A stretch of 64,000 nucleotides of DNA, from positions 1 to 64,000 of the forward strand of contig CBFGJX010000003.1 of the NCBI GenBank assembly GCA_965649225.1, read 5' to 3'. The notes below the pieces were generated by a model. The model was given only the letters and a program-made list of their open reading frames with translations. It was not told the origin of the DNA and ran no database searches. Below are positions 24,614-33,781 of the stretch, one piece after another. Both the position numbers and the translations under genes were made by a program. Each line of letters begins with the position of its first letter. Within the stretch, counting starts at the first letter, position 1. Source of the stretch: a candidate division WOR-3 bacterium. GTDB taxonomy: Bacteria; Hydrothermota; Tepidihabitantia; Tepidihabitantales; Tepidihabitantaceae.

Positions 24614-25861
24614 TCACTCATCTCTTCCCCGCCCGGCGAGATGAGCATAGACCAGTGCATTACGGACCATTTTTTCGATTACGCAATACTCGTCCGGCTG
24701 GTGAGCCCGCCCGTCATTGCAACCCCAGACCACTGCCGGAATGCCCTGGCGCCGGAAAAAAGCCGCCACCGTGCCGCCGCCGATGCCCTGAGTGAACGGC
24801 TCGGCACCGTACACTGCTCGCACTGCATCGGCAAGCCGGCGCACCACCGGTGCATCGGCCGGTGTCGGTGGCGCCGCCGGCGCCAGCTGTTCGGTATCGA
24901 TACGGACTTCAACACCGTAGCTGGCGGCAATCTCATCCGCAATCCGCCGCATGTCTGCCAGCAGCTCTTCGAGCCGGTACTGCGGCAGCATCCGGCAATC
25001 AAACCAGAACTGATCTTCTCCCGGAATCGTGTTGACGTTGGGCACGTTGGCCGCTTTCTTCGTCGGTTCAATCGTTGAAACCGGCGGGGCAAAAAGCTCG
25101 TCCTTCGCCCCGTAAAGCTGATGCAGTTGCTCATCCAGCCGCACCAGCAGCCGGGCCCCGGCACGATGGGCGTTGTTGCCCTGCTGCGGCGCCGAAGCAT
25201 GTGCCTGCCGACCGAGCACCGTGAATCTCACCCAGGCGATCGATTTCTCGGCAATCTCCAGCATTGTCCCTTCGGCATTGCCGGCATCGGGCACAACGAC
25301 CAGATCGCCAGCCCGGCAGGGAGCATGCTCCTGCAGCAGCCATTCCGCCCCCAATGCTGAACCGGTTTCCTCGTCCGCAACCATCATCAACGCCACGTCG
25401 GTAGCCGGCGCAAGCCCGAGGTCCAGCAGTGCCTTGACCGCAAACGCCGAAGCCACCAGCTCCTGCTGATTGTCCTCGGTACCCCGGCCATATATCCGGC
25501 CGTCACGAACGACCGCCGTAAACGGGTCGGATGTCCACAGCTCACGCGGCCCGCTCGGTACGACATCCAGATGAGTCATCAACCAGAGCGTCGCGCCGCG
25601 GTCACGTCCTGCCAGTCGGGCAATCAGGCTCGGCCGATAGCCGCACGGTGCTGCGCTGTCCGGCGCACGATACTCGGTAACCGCCAGGCCCCAGTCGCTC
25701 AGCACCGCCCGCAGGTAATCCGCCCGTGCCCGCTCACCTTCACCACCGGAACGAGGACTGATTGCCGGCCGGGCAACCAGTTCACGCTGCATCTCGACCA
25801 TTGCCGGTTCCAGATTGCGCAGACGTTCCGCTATCCGGTCAAAAACAATCTTGTCCCACAC
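24614..25861 (-). CDS. M20 family metallohydrolase (DapE/ArgE-like)
   Basis: HLDVVP, YGRGTEDN, DEETG, HAS, NVNTIP, AHQPDE. Confidence 0.92.
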   Translation of the reverse strand: MWDKIVFDRIAERLRNLEPAMVEMQRELVARPAISPRSGGEGERARADYLRAVLSDWGLAVTEYRAPDSAAPCGYRPSLIARLAGRDRGATLWLMTHLDVVPSGPRELWTSDPFTAVVRDGRIYGRGTEDNQQELVASAFAVKALLDLGLAPATDVALMMVADEETGSALGAEWLLQEHAPCRAGDLVVVPDAGNAEGTMLEIAEKSIAWVRFTVLGRQAHASAPQQGNNAHRAGARLLVRLDEQLHQLYGAKDELFAPPVSTIEPTKKAANVPNVNTIPGEDQFWFDCRMLPQYRLEELLADMRRIADEIAASYGVEVRIDTEQLAPAAPPTPADAPVVRRLADAVRAVYGAEPFTQGIGGGTVAAFFRRQGIPAVVWGCNDGRAHQPDEYCVIEKMVRNALVYAHLAGRGRDE

Positions 25862-25986
25862 GACTGCTACCTCCTGATTCTCATACAGACGGTAGCGCAG
25901 TATCGGCCGAGACCACAGTCAAGTCAACGGCCGCCACTGTCCGGTCCGGCTGTTTACTTTTTCACTCCGCTTGCTAGAATCCGGCG

Positions 25987-26895
25987 GTGTCGCACATCGT
26001 TTCGCTGTTCACCAGCAACCTGCCCCTCAAGGCACTGGCACTGCTGCTGGCAGTCTTTCTGTGGCTGCTCGGCGTCCTCGACCGCAGCTACATTGTCAAC
26101 GTCAATGTGCCGATAGTTCTGGAACGACCGGCCAGCGGCGGCTACGTCTCGGAACTGGACGCCGAGCTTGCCCGGGTAACGCTTGAAGGCCGGGGCCGCG
26201 ACCTGCTCAAGCTTCGCCGCTCGGCGCTGCGGCTGCGCGTCCGGCTACCGGAAGGTGACATCGGCCGCCGCCAGTTCAAGCTGAATCCCGCCGACCTGCG
26301 CCTGCCCTCCGGCATCACCGTGCGCGAAATTGAACCAGCGCAGATAACATTCCGACTGAATCCGGTCGATTCCCGCACAGTAACCGTCAATGTGCCGACC
26401 ATCGGCAAACCGGCCGGCGGACTGGTCATCGCGGTCAAACCGGTAGAGCCGGTCCAGCTCTTCGGGCCACCGGGAGAACTGCGGCTGTTCACTTCGGTAA
26501 CGACCGAAACCCTTGACCTTTCGACAATCACCCAGCCCGGGACCCGCCGGCTGCGAATTGTCCTGCCCGAGGGCGAGGCCTTCATGGCCCGGCCGGAATC
26601 GGTTACGGTAACCATAACGACCGAACAGGAAGTCGCCCGTATCTTCCTCGATGTTCCCGTTGTCGTCATTGCCCCCAATGTTGACCGCGTCAGCCTGAAT
26701 CCGGCCACCGCTCAGATTGCAGTTGCCGGCCCCGCCTCGCGGATTGACTCGCTGAAAACTTCGGACATCGGCACCCGCATCAAGATTTCCGGCCTCGGAC
26801 CGGGCCAGTACAAACTCGCCGCCGAGATATCACTGCCCGAAGGCTTCCGCCTCGTCCGCTGCGAACCACCGCTGTTTGAGGTTACCATCCGTTGA
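25987..26895 (+). CDS. CdaR/YbbR-domain protein
   Basis: N-terminal NLPLKALALLLAVFLW anchor followed by repeated YbbR-like beta domains. Confidence 0.8.
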   Translation: MSHIVSLFTSNLPLKALALLLAVFLWLLGVLDRSYIVNVNVPIVLERPASGGYVSELDAELARVTLEGRGRDLLKLRRSALRLRVRLPEGDIGRRQFKLNPADLRLPSGITVREIEPAQITFRLNPVDSRTVTVNVPTIGKPAGGLVIAVKPVEPVQLFGPPGELRLFTSVTTETLDLSTITQPGTRRLRIVLPEGEAFMARPESVTVTITTEQEVARIFLDVPVVVIAPNVDRVSLNPATAQIAVAGPASRIDSLKTSDIGTRIKISGLGPGQYKLAAEISLPEGFRLVRCEPPLFEVTIR

Positions 26896-27878
26896 CCGGG
26901 CTTTGCCTCGGCATCGAGACCTCCTGCGATGAAACCGCCGCCGCCGTGCTCGAATACCCGGCCACGGTTCGTGCCAGCATCGTCTCGTCGCAGTACGTCC
27001 ATTCGGTCTATGGCGGTGTCGTCCCTGAACTTGCCGCTCGCGCCCACATTCGCCTGATCGTCCCGGTGGTCCGCACCGCGCTGGCCGGTGCCGGCGCCTA
27101 CCTTGCTGACATCAGGCTGATCGCCGTCACCCACACTCCCGGCTTGATGGGCGCGCTGCTGGTCGGTTTGCCCTTTGCCAAAACCCTCAGCCGCTGCCTT
27201 GACATTCCCTTCATCGGCGTCAACCATCTCGAAGGCCACATCTTCGCCCTGCGGCTGGAGCGGCCCGGCCTGACCCCGCCATTTCTCGCCTGCATTGTTT
27301 CTGGTGGTCACACCGAATTGCTTGTGGTCGAAGACTGGTGCCGTTACCGGCTGCTCGGCGCCACGATTGACGACGCCTGCGGCGAAGCATTCGACAAGGT
27401 CGCCAAACTGCTCGGCCTGCCCTACCCCGGCGGACCGCAGCTGGAAAAGCTGGCCCAAAGCGGCCGCGCAATCATCCCGTTTCCCGAGCCCGATGCCGGC
27501 GGACTCGACTTCTCTTATTCGGGTTTGAAAACGGCCGTACTGTACCATCTGCGCGCCAACCCGGCTGCCGACCGTGCCGACGTTGCGGCATCGTTTCAAC
27601 GTGCCGCTCTGGGGCTGGTTGTGCACCGCATTGCCCAGGCTGTCGAACAAACCGGGCTCACTACCGTTGGTGTCTCCGGCGGCGTTGCCGCCAACCGCTT
27701 CCTGCGGGAACAGCTTACCGCCCGCGCTCAGGCCGACAACCTTGACCTGATTATTCCACGACTCGCCTACTGCACCGACAACGCCGCGATGATCGCCGCC
27801 GCCGGCGTCGAACGCTTCTGCCGCTGCGGCCCGTCACCCTACAACCTAGCGGCGGCAGCACGGACCCGGCTCGACTGA
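26892..27878 (+). CDS. tsaD: tRNA threonylcarbamoyladenosine biosynthesis protein TsaD
   Basis: GIETSCDET, GGVVPE, HLEGH, SGGHT, DDACGEAFDK, TDNAAMI. Confidence 0.97.
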   Translation: MTGLCLGIETSCDETAAAVLEYPATVRASIVSSQYVHSVYGGVVPELAARAHIRLIVPVVRTALAGAGAYLADIRLIAVTHTPGLMGALLVGLPFAKTLSRCLDIPFIGVNHLEGHIFALRLERPGLTPPFLACIVSGGHTELLVVEDWCRYRLLGATIDDACGEAFDKVAKLLGLPYPGGPQLEKLAQSGRAIIPFPEPDAGGLDFSYSGLKTAVLYHLRANPAADRADVAASFQRAALGLVVHRIAQAVEQTGLTTVGVSGGVAANRFLREQLTARAQADNLDLIIPRLAYCTDNAAMIAAAGVERFCRCGPSPYNLAAAARTRLD

Positions 27879-28096
27879 AAAAACTGCCCGCAGTCTTGCT
27901 GACAGCAGCCAACCCATGTCATGCACGTTCAGTCTGCCCGATGCGCTGGTCTTGCCGGCTGGCAACACCACTGCCATCCCCACCGTCCGGTAGCGAACCC
28001 CAAAAACTCGAGCCTGGAAATCTAACCTGCCGTCAGGCAGTGAATTAGCCAGCCGGCGCTGCCAGTAACAGCCGGCCGTCACCACGCCTCACTTTG

Positions 28097-28873
28097 TCAC
28101 GGTGTCGCCGCACCGGCTTCGGGATGACCCGGGTGATACTCGACCAGCAGCATCTCGGTTTCGTTTGTCACATCCCGCATCGCGACGAAACGGCGTGGCG
28201 GTTCCAGCTCATAGAGGTAGCGCAGTTCCCGCCGCGGCGTAATGGCAACGACCTCACGGCACATCAGGTCACCCACCGGAGTGGAAACCATCTTTGTGCC
28301 CAGAACGGCAACCTTCACCGGTACGGTTCGAAACTCAACCGGCACCACTGCGGCAACGGTGAAACTCGTACCTGACACCGGCGGCACCGCGCGCAGATAA
28401 GTCTGCATCATATCGCTGACGAACACCGCTGCCGGCAGTTTGATCTGATCCTCTACCGTACCTTCGACGGTGCGTTTGACGATACTGGCCCGCCCCCGGC
28501 TGTAGCGCGCCTCGACCTCCATCTCCGAAACATCGGTCGCCAGACTGCGATAGGAACGTATCGGCAGGAAGCTGTCGCGCCGCGCGACCACTACCGTCGA
28601 GTCGAAAAAGAACACATCCGGGCTGAGCGGATATACCTGACTTGCCACCACCACCGTCGGCAGCGGCGCACCGGCCCCGGCGGGGTCCGACAGCTCTTCG
28701 TCGTAGCTGACCGTCACCGCGACCCGGTAGAGCACGGTGTCGTTGCGCACCACCCGGTACACTGAATACTCGCCGTCCGGCACGCCGTTCAGTTCCAGCC
28801 GGGGCAGCACCGGCGCCTGCCGCACACAGCCGACCAGCAATGTCAGCACTGCCAGCGCCGGAAAAGTCCTCAT
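28097..28873 (-). CDS. hypothetical lipoprotein, beta-rich (DUF3108-like?)
   Basis: Lipobox LLVGC; start set at ATG 28873; family assignment tentative. Confidence 0.7.
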   Translation of the reverse strand: MRTFPALAVLTLLVGCVRQAPVLPRLELNGVPDGEYSVYRVVRNDTVLYRVAVTVSYDEELSDPAGAGAPLPTVVVASQVYPLSPDVFFFDSTVVVARRDSFLPIRSYRSLATDVSEMEVEARYSRGRASIVKRTVEGTVEDQIKLPAAVFVSDMMQTYLRAVPPVSGTSFTVAAVVPVEFRTVPVKVAVLGTKMVSTPVGDLMCREVVAITPRRELRYLYELEPPRRFVAMRDVTNETEMLLVEYHPGHPEAGAATP

Positions 28874-28904
28874 TATCCCCATCTTAATCACAACAGAAAA
28901 TGCG

Positions 28905-29897
28905 TCAAGCGTAACGCCGGCCCGTCAACTGGGACTCCAGATACAGCAGCAGCCGTTCCATGTCCGCCGGCAGTGCCGAAGTGAACTCGACATACTGGTG
29001 GGTTCGGGGGTGCTGAAAGCCGAGCCGGGCGGCGTGGAGAGCCTGACGCTTGATGATACCCAGTATCTCGCGAAAGTGGTTGGCGTGGTCAGGATGACGG
29101 ATGACCGATACCGCCCGCCCGCCATACTCGGGGTCGCCGACAATCGGATGGTCGATGTGCTGCATGTGTACCCGGATCTGGTGCGTGCGCCCGGTCTTCA
29201 GTCGCAGGCGAAGATAAGTGCAGATGCCGTAGCGCCGAAACACCTCGTAGTTCGTGACGGCTGTTCGCGAAGAGAAACTGGTCACCGCCATCCGGGTGCG
29301 GTCGATGGCATGCCGGCCAATTGGAGCATCGACCGTGCCCTCATCGGTTTCGAAATCACCCCAGGCAAACGCGGCATACTCCCGGACAACCGTCCGGTGT
29401 TCAATCTGATTGCCGAGGCTGCGCAGGGCGATATCGTTCTTGGCAAAAACCAGCAGCCCCGAAGTCTCCTTGTCCAGCCGATGAACAACGCCCGGCCGCA
29501 CCAGTGAATCCTTGCGCAACGGCAGTGACTTGCAGTGATAGAGCAGTCCGTTGACCAGTGTGTGGTCGCGGTTGCCGCGCGCCGGATGAACGACGATGCC
29601 GGCTGGCTTGTCGATGACGATCACGTCCTCATCCTCATGGACAATCGCCAGTTGCATCGGCTGCGGCTCCAGCGTCAGTTCCGGTTCCGGTTCGTAGCGG
29701 GCGCTGATTTCGTCACCGGCCTTGACGCGATACCCGGGTTTGCTCGGTCTGCCGTTTACCAGCACCCGTCCGGCATCAATCAGCTTGCCCGCCTGGGTGC
29801 GTGATATCCCCAGCCCGGAAAGCACCAGATACACATCCAGCCGCTTGCCGGCGAGCCGCTCCGACGCCGTCCGTTCAAAAACCCTCAGTTCACTCAC
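28905..29897 (-). CDS. rluD: RluA-family 23S rRNA pseudouridine synthase (RluD-like)
   Basis: S4 domain, KPAGIVVHP, VHRLDKETSG, GRTHQIR, QALHA. Confidence 0.93.
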   Translation of the reverse strand: MSELRVFERTASERLAGKRLDVYLVLSGLGISRTQAGKLIDAGRVLVNGRPSKPGYRVKAGDEISARYEPEPELTLEPQPMQLAIVHEDEDVIVIDKPAGIVVHPARGNRDHTLVNGLLYHCKSLPLRKDSLVRPGVVHRLDKETSGLLVFAKNDIALRSLGNQIEHRTVVREYAAFAWGDFETDEGTVDAPIGRHAIDRTRMAVTSFSSRTAVTNYEVFRRYGICTYLRLRLKTGRTHQIRVHMQHIDHPIVGDPEYGGRAVSVIRHPDHANHFREILGIIKRQALHAARLGFQHPRTHQYVEFTSALPADMERLLLYLESQLTGRRYA

Positions 29898-30619
29898 TGG
29901 ACATCCGCCGACTCAATCACGGCACGTTGCAGCTCGATCAGCCGGGCGATGGTCTGAGCACCGAGCTCATACATCCGGCCAAACTGCTGCCAGCTGAATG
30001 GTACGTGTTCGGCAGTTGCCTGAACCTCCACCACCATACCGCTCTCGGTCATCACCAGATTCATATCGGTGTCGGCACGCACATCCTCGTCATAGGCCAG
30101 ATCGACCATGACCTCACCATCAACAATGCCGATGCTGGTGGCGGCAACATGTTCAATCACCGGGTCCCGACTGAGCAGCCCGTTTGCCAGCAGCTTGCGC
30201 ACCGCCAGCCGCAGGGCGACGAAACCACCGGTCAACGCCAGCGTCCGGGTACCGCCGTCCGCCTGAATCACATCGCAGTCAACGACGATCTGTCGCTCGC
30301 CCAGGGCCGACCGGTCGCACACCGCTCTGAGCGACCGGCCGATCAGCCGCCGGATTTCCTGACTGCGTCCCCGCGGCCGCTCCGACTCACGGGGCGTGCG
30401 CTGATGGGTCGCCCGCGGCAGCATCGCATACTCGGCCGTCACCCAGCCCTGGCCACTGCCAACCAGAAACGGCGGTACCCGCTGCTCGAGTGACGCCGCG
30501 CACAGGACCCGGGTATTACCGGCACTGGCAAGGCAGGACCCCTCGGCGTAGTCAAGATAATTGATTTCCAGCCGCACCGGCCGCGCCTCATCAACCCGCC
30601 GACCATCACGCCGAATCAT
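29894..30619 (-). CDS. rph: ribonuclease PH
   Basis: RRDGR, AEGS, GWVTAEYAMLPRAT, DCDVIQADGGTR. Confidence 0.97.
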   Translation of the reverse strand: MIRRDGRRVDEARPVRLEINYLDYAEGSCLASAGNTRVLCAASLEQRVPPFLVGSGQGWVTAEYAMLPRATHQRTPRESERPRGRSQEIRRLIGRSLRAVCDRSALGERQIVVDCDVIQADGGTRTLALTGGFVALRLAVRKLLANGLLSRDPVIEHVAATSIGIVDGEVMVDLAYDEDVRADTDMNLVMTESGMVVEVQATAEHVPFSWQQFGRMYELGAQTIARLIELQRAVIESADVQ

Positions 30620-31473
30620 GTCTGACCGGTGACGCTGTCAACTGTGCCCAGCGTCGCTCGAATCACGGTACCGGGCGGCTCGCCCAGAAATCTGGCCGCC
30701 ACCACCTCGAAACTGGGGTTGACATCAGTCAGATAGCAGCGAAGGAACGCCGGGCCGCCGGTGCGCAACAGTCCGGCATCAGCCAGCGTGGTCGCGACCT
30801 CGCGGGCGGTCTCATCCGACGAGTCAACCAGCTGCACGGTCGGCCCCAGCACTTCTCTGATCACCGGCTCCAGGAGCGGAAAATGAGTACAGCCCAGCAG
30901 CACGGCATCAACACCTTCATCCGCCATCCCGGAAAGATAGCGTCGTGCGACGGCTCGAGCCACCTCGTTGTCCAGCCAGCCCTCCTCGGCCAGTGGCACA
31001 AACAGTGGCGTTGCCCGGGCGACTATCTGGACATCCGGCGCCAGCGCCCGCACTGCCCGCTCATACGCCCCGGAGAAAACGGTCGCCGATGTCCCGATAA
31101 CCGCAACCCGACGCCGTCTGGTGCTCGCAACCAGTGCCCGGGCTCCCGGCTCGATGACGCCGACCACCGGCACCGGTAGCCGGCGTCGCAGCTCTGTCAG
31201 CGCCGCCGAAGAAGCCGAGTGGCAGGCAACGACAATCAGCTTGACACCCCGCTCGACCAGAAACTGTGCGTCCTCCAGTGCAAAGCCGGTGATTGTCGCG
31301 GCTGATTTGGTGCCGTAAGGCGTCCGGGCATTGTCACCGAGATACAGGATGCTCTCGTTTGGCAAACGCTGCCGCAAAGCCCTGACGACAGTCAGTCCGC
31401 CAATGCCCGAATCAAAGACTCCAATCGGCCGTTCGCCGGCATGGTCGCCATGCCCGGTTTTCTCAGGAGCCAT
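30616..31473 (-). CDS. murI: glutamate racemase
   Basis: FDSGIGGL, PYG, VACHSAS, LGCTHFP. Confidence 0.96.
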   Translation of the reverse strand: MAPEKTGHGDHAGERPIGVFDSGIGGLTVVRALRQRLPNESILYLGDNARTPYGTKSAATITGFALEDAQFLVERGVKLIVVACHSASSAALTELRRRLPVPVVGVIEPGARALVASTRRRRVAVIGTSATVFSGAYERAVRALAPDVQIVARATPLFVPLAEEGWLDNEVARAVARRYLSGMADEGVDAVLLGCTHFPLLEPVIREVLGPTVQLVDSSDETAREVATTLADAGLLRTGGPAFLRCYLTDVNPSFEVVAARFLGEPPGTVIRATLGTVDSVTGQT

Positions 31474-32899
31474 TGACCCGCTGTTGATACTGCCGGCAGA
31501 ACTCGACGAGACCACGGTAGATGCCTTCGGCCAGCTTTTCGCGATGGTCGGCTCGACGCAGCAGCTTCTCTTCGCTGCGGTTGGAAAGAAAGCCAACCTC
31601 AACCAGCACCGCCGGACAGAAAGTATTGCGCAGCACGTAGAAACCGGCCTGCCGCACACCCCGGTCCAGTACCCGGGCATGATTGATTGTGGCGGCCTGA
31701 ATCCGCTGCGCCAGCTCGCTCGACTCGTGGAGATGCTCGTTCTGGGCCAGGTCGGCCAGAATCAGCTGCAGATCGTCTCCCAGTCGCGCACTGCTGTCCA
31801 CTTCCAGTTCAACCACAGCGTTTTCCCGCGCGGCCACTGCCCGTTCCCAGTCGGTTCTTGCCTCGGAGAGAAAGTAGACCTCGAAACCATTGGCCTCCCG
31901 ATTGGGGGAAGCATTGGCATGGATACTGACGAACACATCCGCCTTCGTCTGGGCAGCAAGTTTCGACCTCTCGCTCAAAGCCACAAACTGGCACGAATCG
32001 CGGGTGACCAGTACTTCGTAGCCGGCGTCCTGCAGGCGTCGTTTCAACCGCCGGACAATGTCCCACGTCACCTGCTGCTCATGAGTGCCGTTTGCTCCGA
32101 CTGCTCCCGGGTCGCTGCCACCGTGTCCGGGGTCCAGCACTATCCGGTTGACCCGTCGTTCCGGCAGCGGCCAGACCAGCACCTCAACCGCACCACTTCG
32201 GTTCACCGTCCGGACACCGGACGGGCGACGAAAACTCAAACACAGCCGCGTGCCGGCGCCGCTGTCGACACTTATTCCCTTCAGCGTTCCAACGCCGGTA
32301 ATGCCAATCAGCCGGACCTGGCTGGTGAAATCGTTTTCAGCCCTTGCCCCAAGACTCAACCGGTACTCCAGACTTGAGGGTCGTTCTCCCCGCAGCGGTA
32401 CCGAGTCGCCCGGGCGAGCCCCCTCGATTCTAAGTGTAACTACCACCGTATCGCCCCGGACGCCGGTCTCCGCCCGGCGCAGAACCGCCCCATTCCAGTC
32501 CGGAAACAGACCAGGCAGGACAACGATCGGCAGCAGCAGGACGCCACTGTCGACTACCGGTCGGGCAATCAGCTGCACCGGGTTTGATCCATGCAGGACC
32601 AGCGTAGTGTCAGGACGAAACACATACTCCTCACCCGGACCGCTGTCTGTACCGGGAAGCACAACGATGTAGCGCCCGTTAACCGACCAGTGTCGCCCGC
32701 CAAAGGCGGCGGCCAGCCTTCCCAGCTGAACATAATCAACACCACCTATCGTCCGGGTCGGCAACTCGCGACCGGCTACCCGGATTGTCCCGGCAAGGGC
32801 CGAATTGACGACCAGCAGCAACCCAGTGAGCAGCGTAAGCCGAATGCTGCGACCGTTGGCGCCAGACTTTCGCTTCCCGCTCATCGCCTTCCTTTCCAC
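31463..32899 (-). CDS. N-acetylmuramoyl-L-alanine amidase (Amidase_3, AmiA/B/C-like)
   Basis: Signal peptide; DPGHGG, SIHAN, LVEVGFLSN. Confidence 0.93.
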   Translation of the reverse strand: MERKAMSGKRKSGANGRSIRLTLLTGLLLVVNSALAGTIRVAGRELPTRTIGGVDYVQLGRLAAAFGGRHWSVNGRYIVVLPGTDSGPGEEYVFRPDTTLVLHGSNPVQLIARPVVDSGVLLLPIVVLPGLFPDWNGAVLRRAETGVRGDTVVVTLRIEGARPGDSVPLRGERPSSLEYRLSLGARAENDFTSQVRLIGITGVGTLKGISVDSGAGTRLCLSFRRPSGVRTVNRSGAVEVLVWPLPERRVNRIVLDPGHGGSDPGAVGANGTHEQQVTWDIVRRLKRRLQDAGYEVLVTRDSCQFVALSERSKLAAQTKADVFVSIHANASPNREANGFEVYFLSEARTDWERAVAARENAVVELEVDSSARLGDDLQLILADLAQNEHLHESSELAQRIQAATINHARVLDRGVRQAGFYVLRNTFCPAVLVEVGFLSNRSEEKLLRRADHREKLAEGIYRGLVEFCRQYQQRVNGS

Positions 32900-33336
32900 C
32901 CGGACGCCTGTCGCTCGTCCATTTCCATCGCCCGACGCTTCAGGTCCTCACGCCGGTCGTGCATCTTCTTGCCACGACACAACCCCAGTTCCACTTTCGC
33001 CAGACCGCGGTCATTGAAATAGACTTTCAGGGGTATCAGGGTATAACCTCTCAACTGGGTCTTGCCAAAAAGACGCTTGATCTGGTCAGCATGAAGCAGA
33101 AGCCGCCGACGCCGTTTCGGGTCGTGATTGAAAACATTACCTTGGGCGTAGGGTGAAATGTTAACATCGTGGAGCCACACCTGTCCATTTTCGACCGAGG
33201 CGTAGCCTCCATCCAATGAGACCGCCCCGGAACGCAAAGACTTGACCTCGGTGCCGACCAGCTCAATCCCTGCCTCAAACCTCTCAAATACCTGATAATC
33301 CCGAAGAGCCTTCCGGTTAGTGGCAACTGGCCTCAC
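32881..33336 (-). CDS. smpB: SsrA-binding protein SmpB
   Basis: NRKA..DY, EAGIEL.GTEVKS, R.R.LLLH, GKK.HDRR. GTG 33336 is preferred because ATG 33345 overlaps the -10 box. Confidence 0.97.
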   Translation of the reverse strand: MRPVATNRKALRDYQVFERFEAGIELVGTEVKSLRSGAVSLDGGYASVENGQVWLHDVNISPYAQGNVFNHDPKRRRRLLLHADQIKRLFGKTQLRGYTLIPLKVYFNDRGLAKVELGLCRGKKMHDRREDLKRRAMEMDERQASGWKGRR

Positions 33337-33343
33337 TTCTTTC

Positions 33344-33371
33344 ATTATATTACCCGTGGATTGTCCGTCAA
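33344..33371 (-). promoter_or_regulatory. sigma70 promoter of the smpB operon (probably leaderless)
   Basis: TTGACG, 16 bp, TATAAT, 7 nt, GTG. Confidence 0.75.
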
Positions 33372-33433
33372 CGCAGTGCGACAATCAACCGCCGTCATCT
33401 GTCACTGCGTCATGGTGCGACAATCTCATAAGG

Positions 33434-33468
33434 CCGGTCGGCCACGCGGCTTAGACGTGGCCGACCGG
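33434..33468 (-). terminator. 13-bp stem-loop downstream of the small peptide ORF
   Basis: CCGGTCGGCCACG, 9 nt, CGTGGCCGACCGG; only a weak U-tail. Confidence 0.55.
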
Positions 33469-33511
33469 TCGGCAGACCTGCGACATTGCCGCAGGCGAGC
33501 CTTGGCGTCCG

Positions 33512-33568
33512 TTACCTGGGTGGTGGTATTACTGGTCTCGGACGTGGCAGAATCGGAATTCCGTCCAT
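33512..33568 (-). CDS. 18-aa Pro/Arg-rich peptide MDGIPILPRPRPVIPPPR (not in the ORF track)
   Basis: GGAGGT (33574-33579) 5 nt before ATG 33568; TAA at 33512; first ORF downstream of a consensus sigma54 promoter. Confidence 0.7.
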   Translation of the reverse strand: MDGIPILPRPRPVIPPPR

Positions 33569-33603
33569 GCGGTACCTCCGTTTAGCTAAACGCTCTTCTA
33601 AAA

Positions 33604-33619
33604 AGCAATATTGGTGCCA
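33604..33619 (-). promoter_or_regulatory. sigma54 (-24/-12) promoter
   Basis: TGGCACCAATATTGCT = TGGCAC-N5-TTGCW, exact GG-N10-GC spacing. Confidence 0.85.
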
Positions 33620-33729
33620 GGAATGACCGCGCCTGTAACCAACGCAGATACGCAACTTGCGAAATGGTACTCGATTGTCGCACCGATGGAACCGCGAGTG
33701 ATTTGTCGCAGCGGAACAGACTAATTGGC

Positions 33730-33742
33730 TAACTGCTTGAAA
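33730..33742. promoter_or_regulatory. possible IHF site
   Basis: TAACTGCTTGAAA, one mismatch to YAANNNNTTGATW, in an AT-rich patch. Confidence 0.35.
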
Positions 33743-33781
33743 ATAACTTGCTTATTTTTGGGACAAAAACTGCGCTCTGCG

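Larger units (their letters stand above)
33376..33710. promoter_or_regulatory. dispersed GATTGTCGCAC repeats, putative enhancer (UAS) sites for a sigma54 activator
   Basis: GTGCGACAATC at 33376-33386 and 33415-33425; GATTGTCGCAC at 33673-33683; TTGTCGCA at 33703-33710; near-palindrome TGCGACATTGCCGCA at 33479-33493. Confidence 0.6.

Noticed and set aside
27879..28096. Intergenic gap after tsaD
   Set aside because: No SD-supported ORF, recognisable RNA or repeat.
33390..33780. tmRNA (ssrA) expected near smpB
   Set aside because: No tRNA-like GGGG..TCCACCA ends or tag frame ending in AA; the region is better explained by the sigma54 peptide unit.
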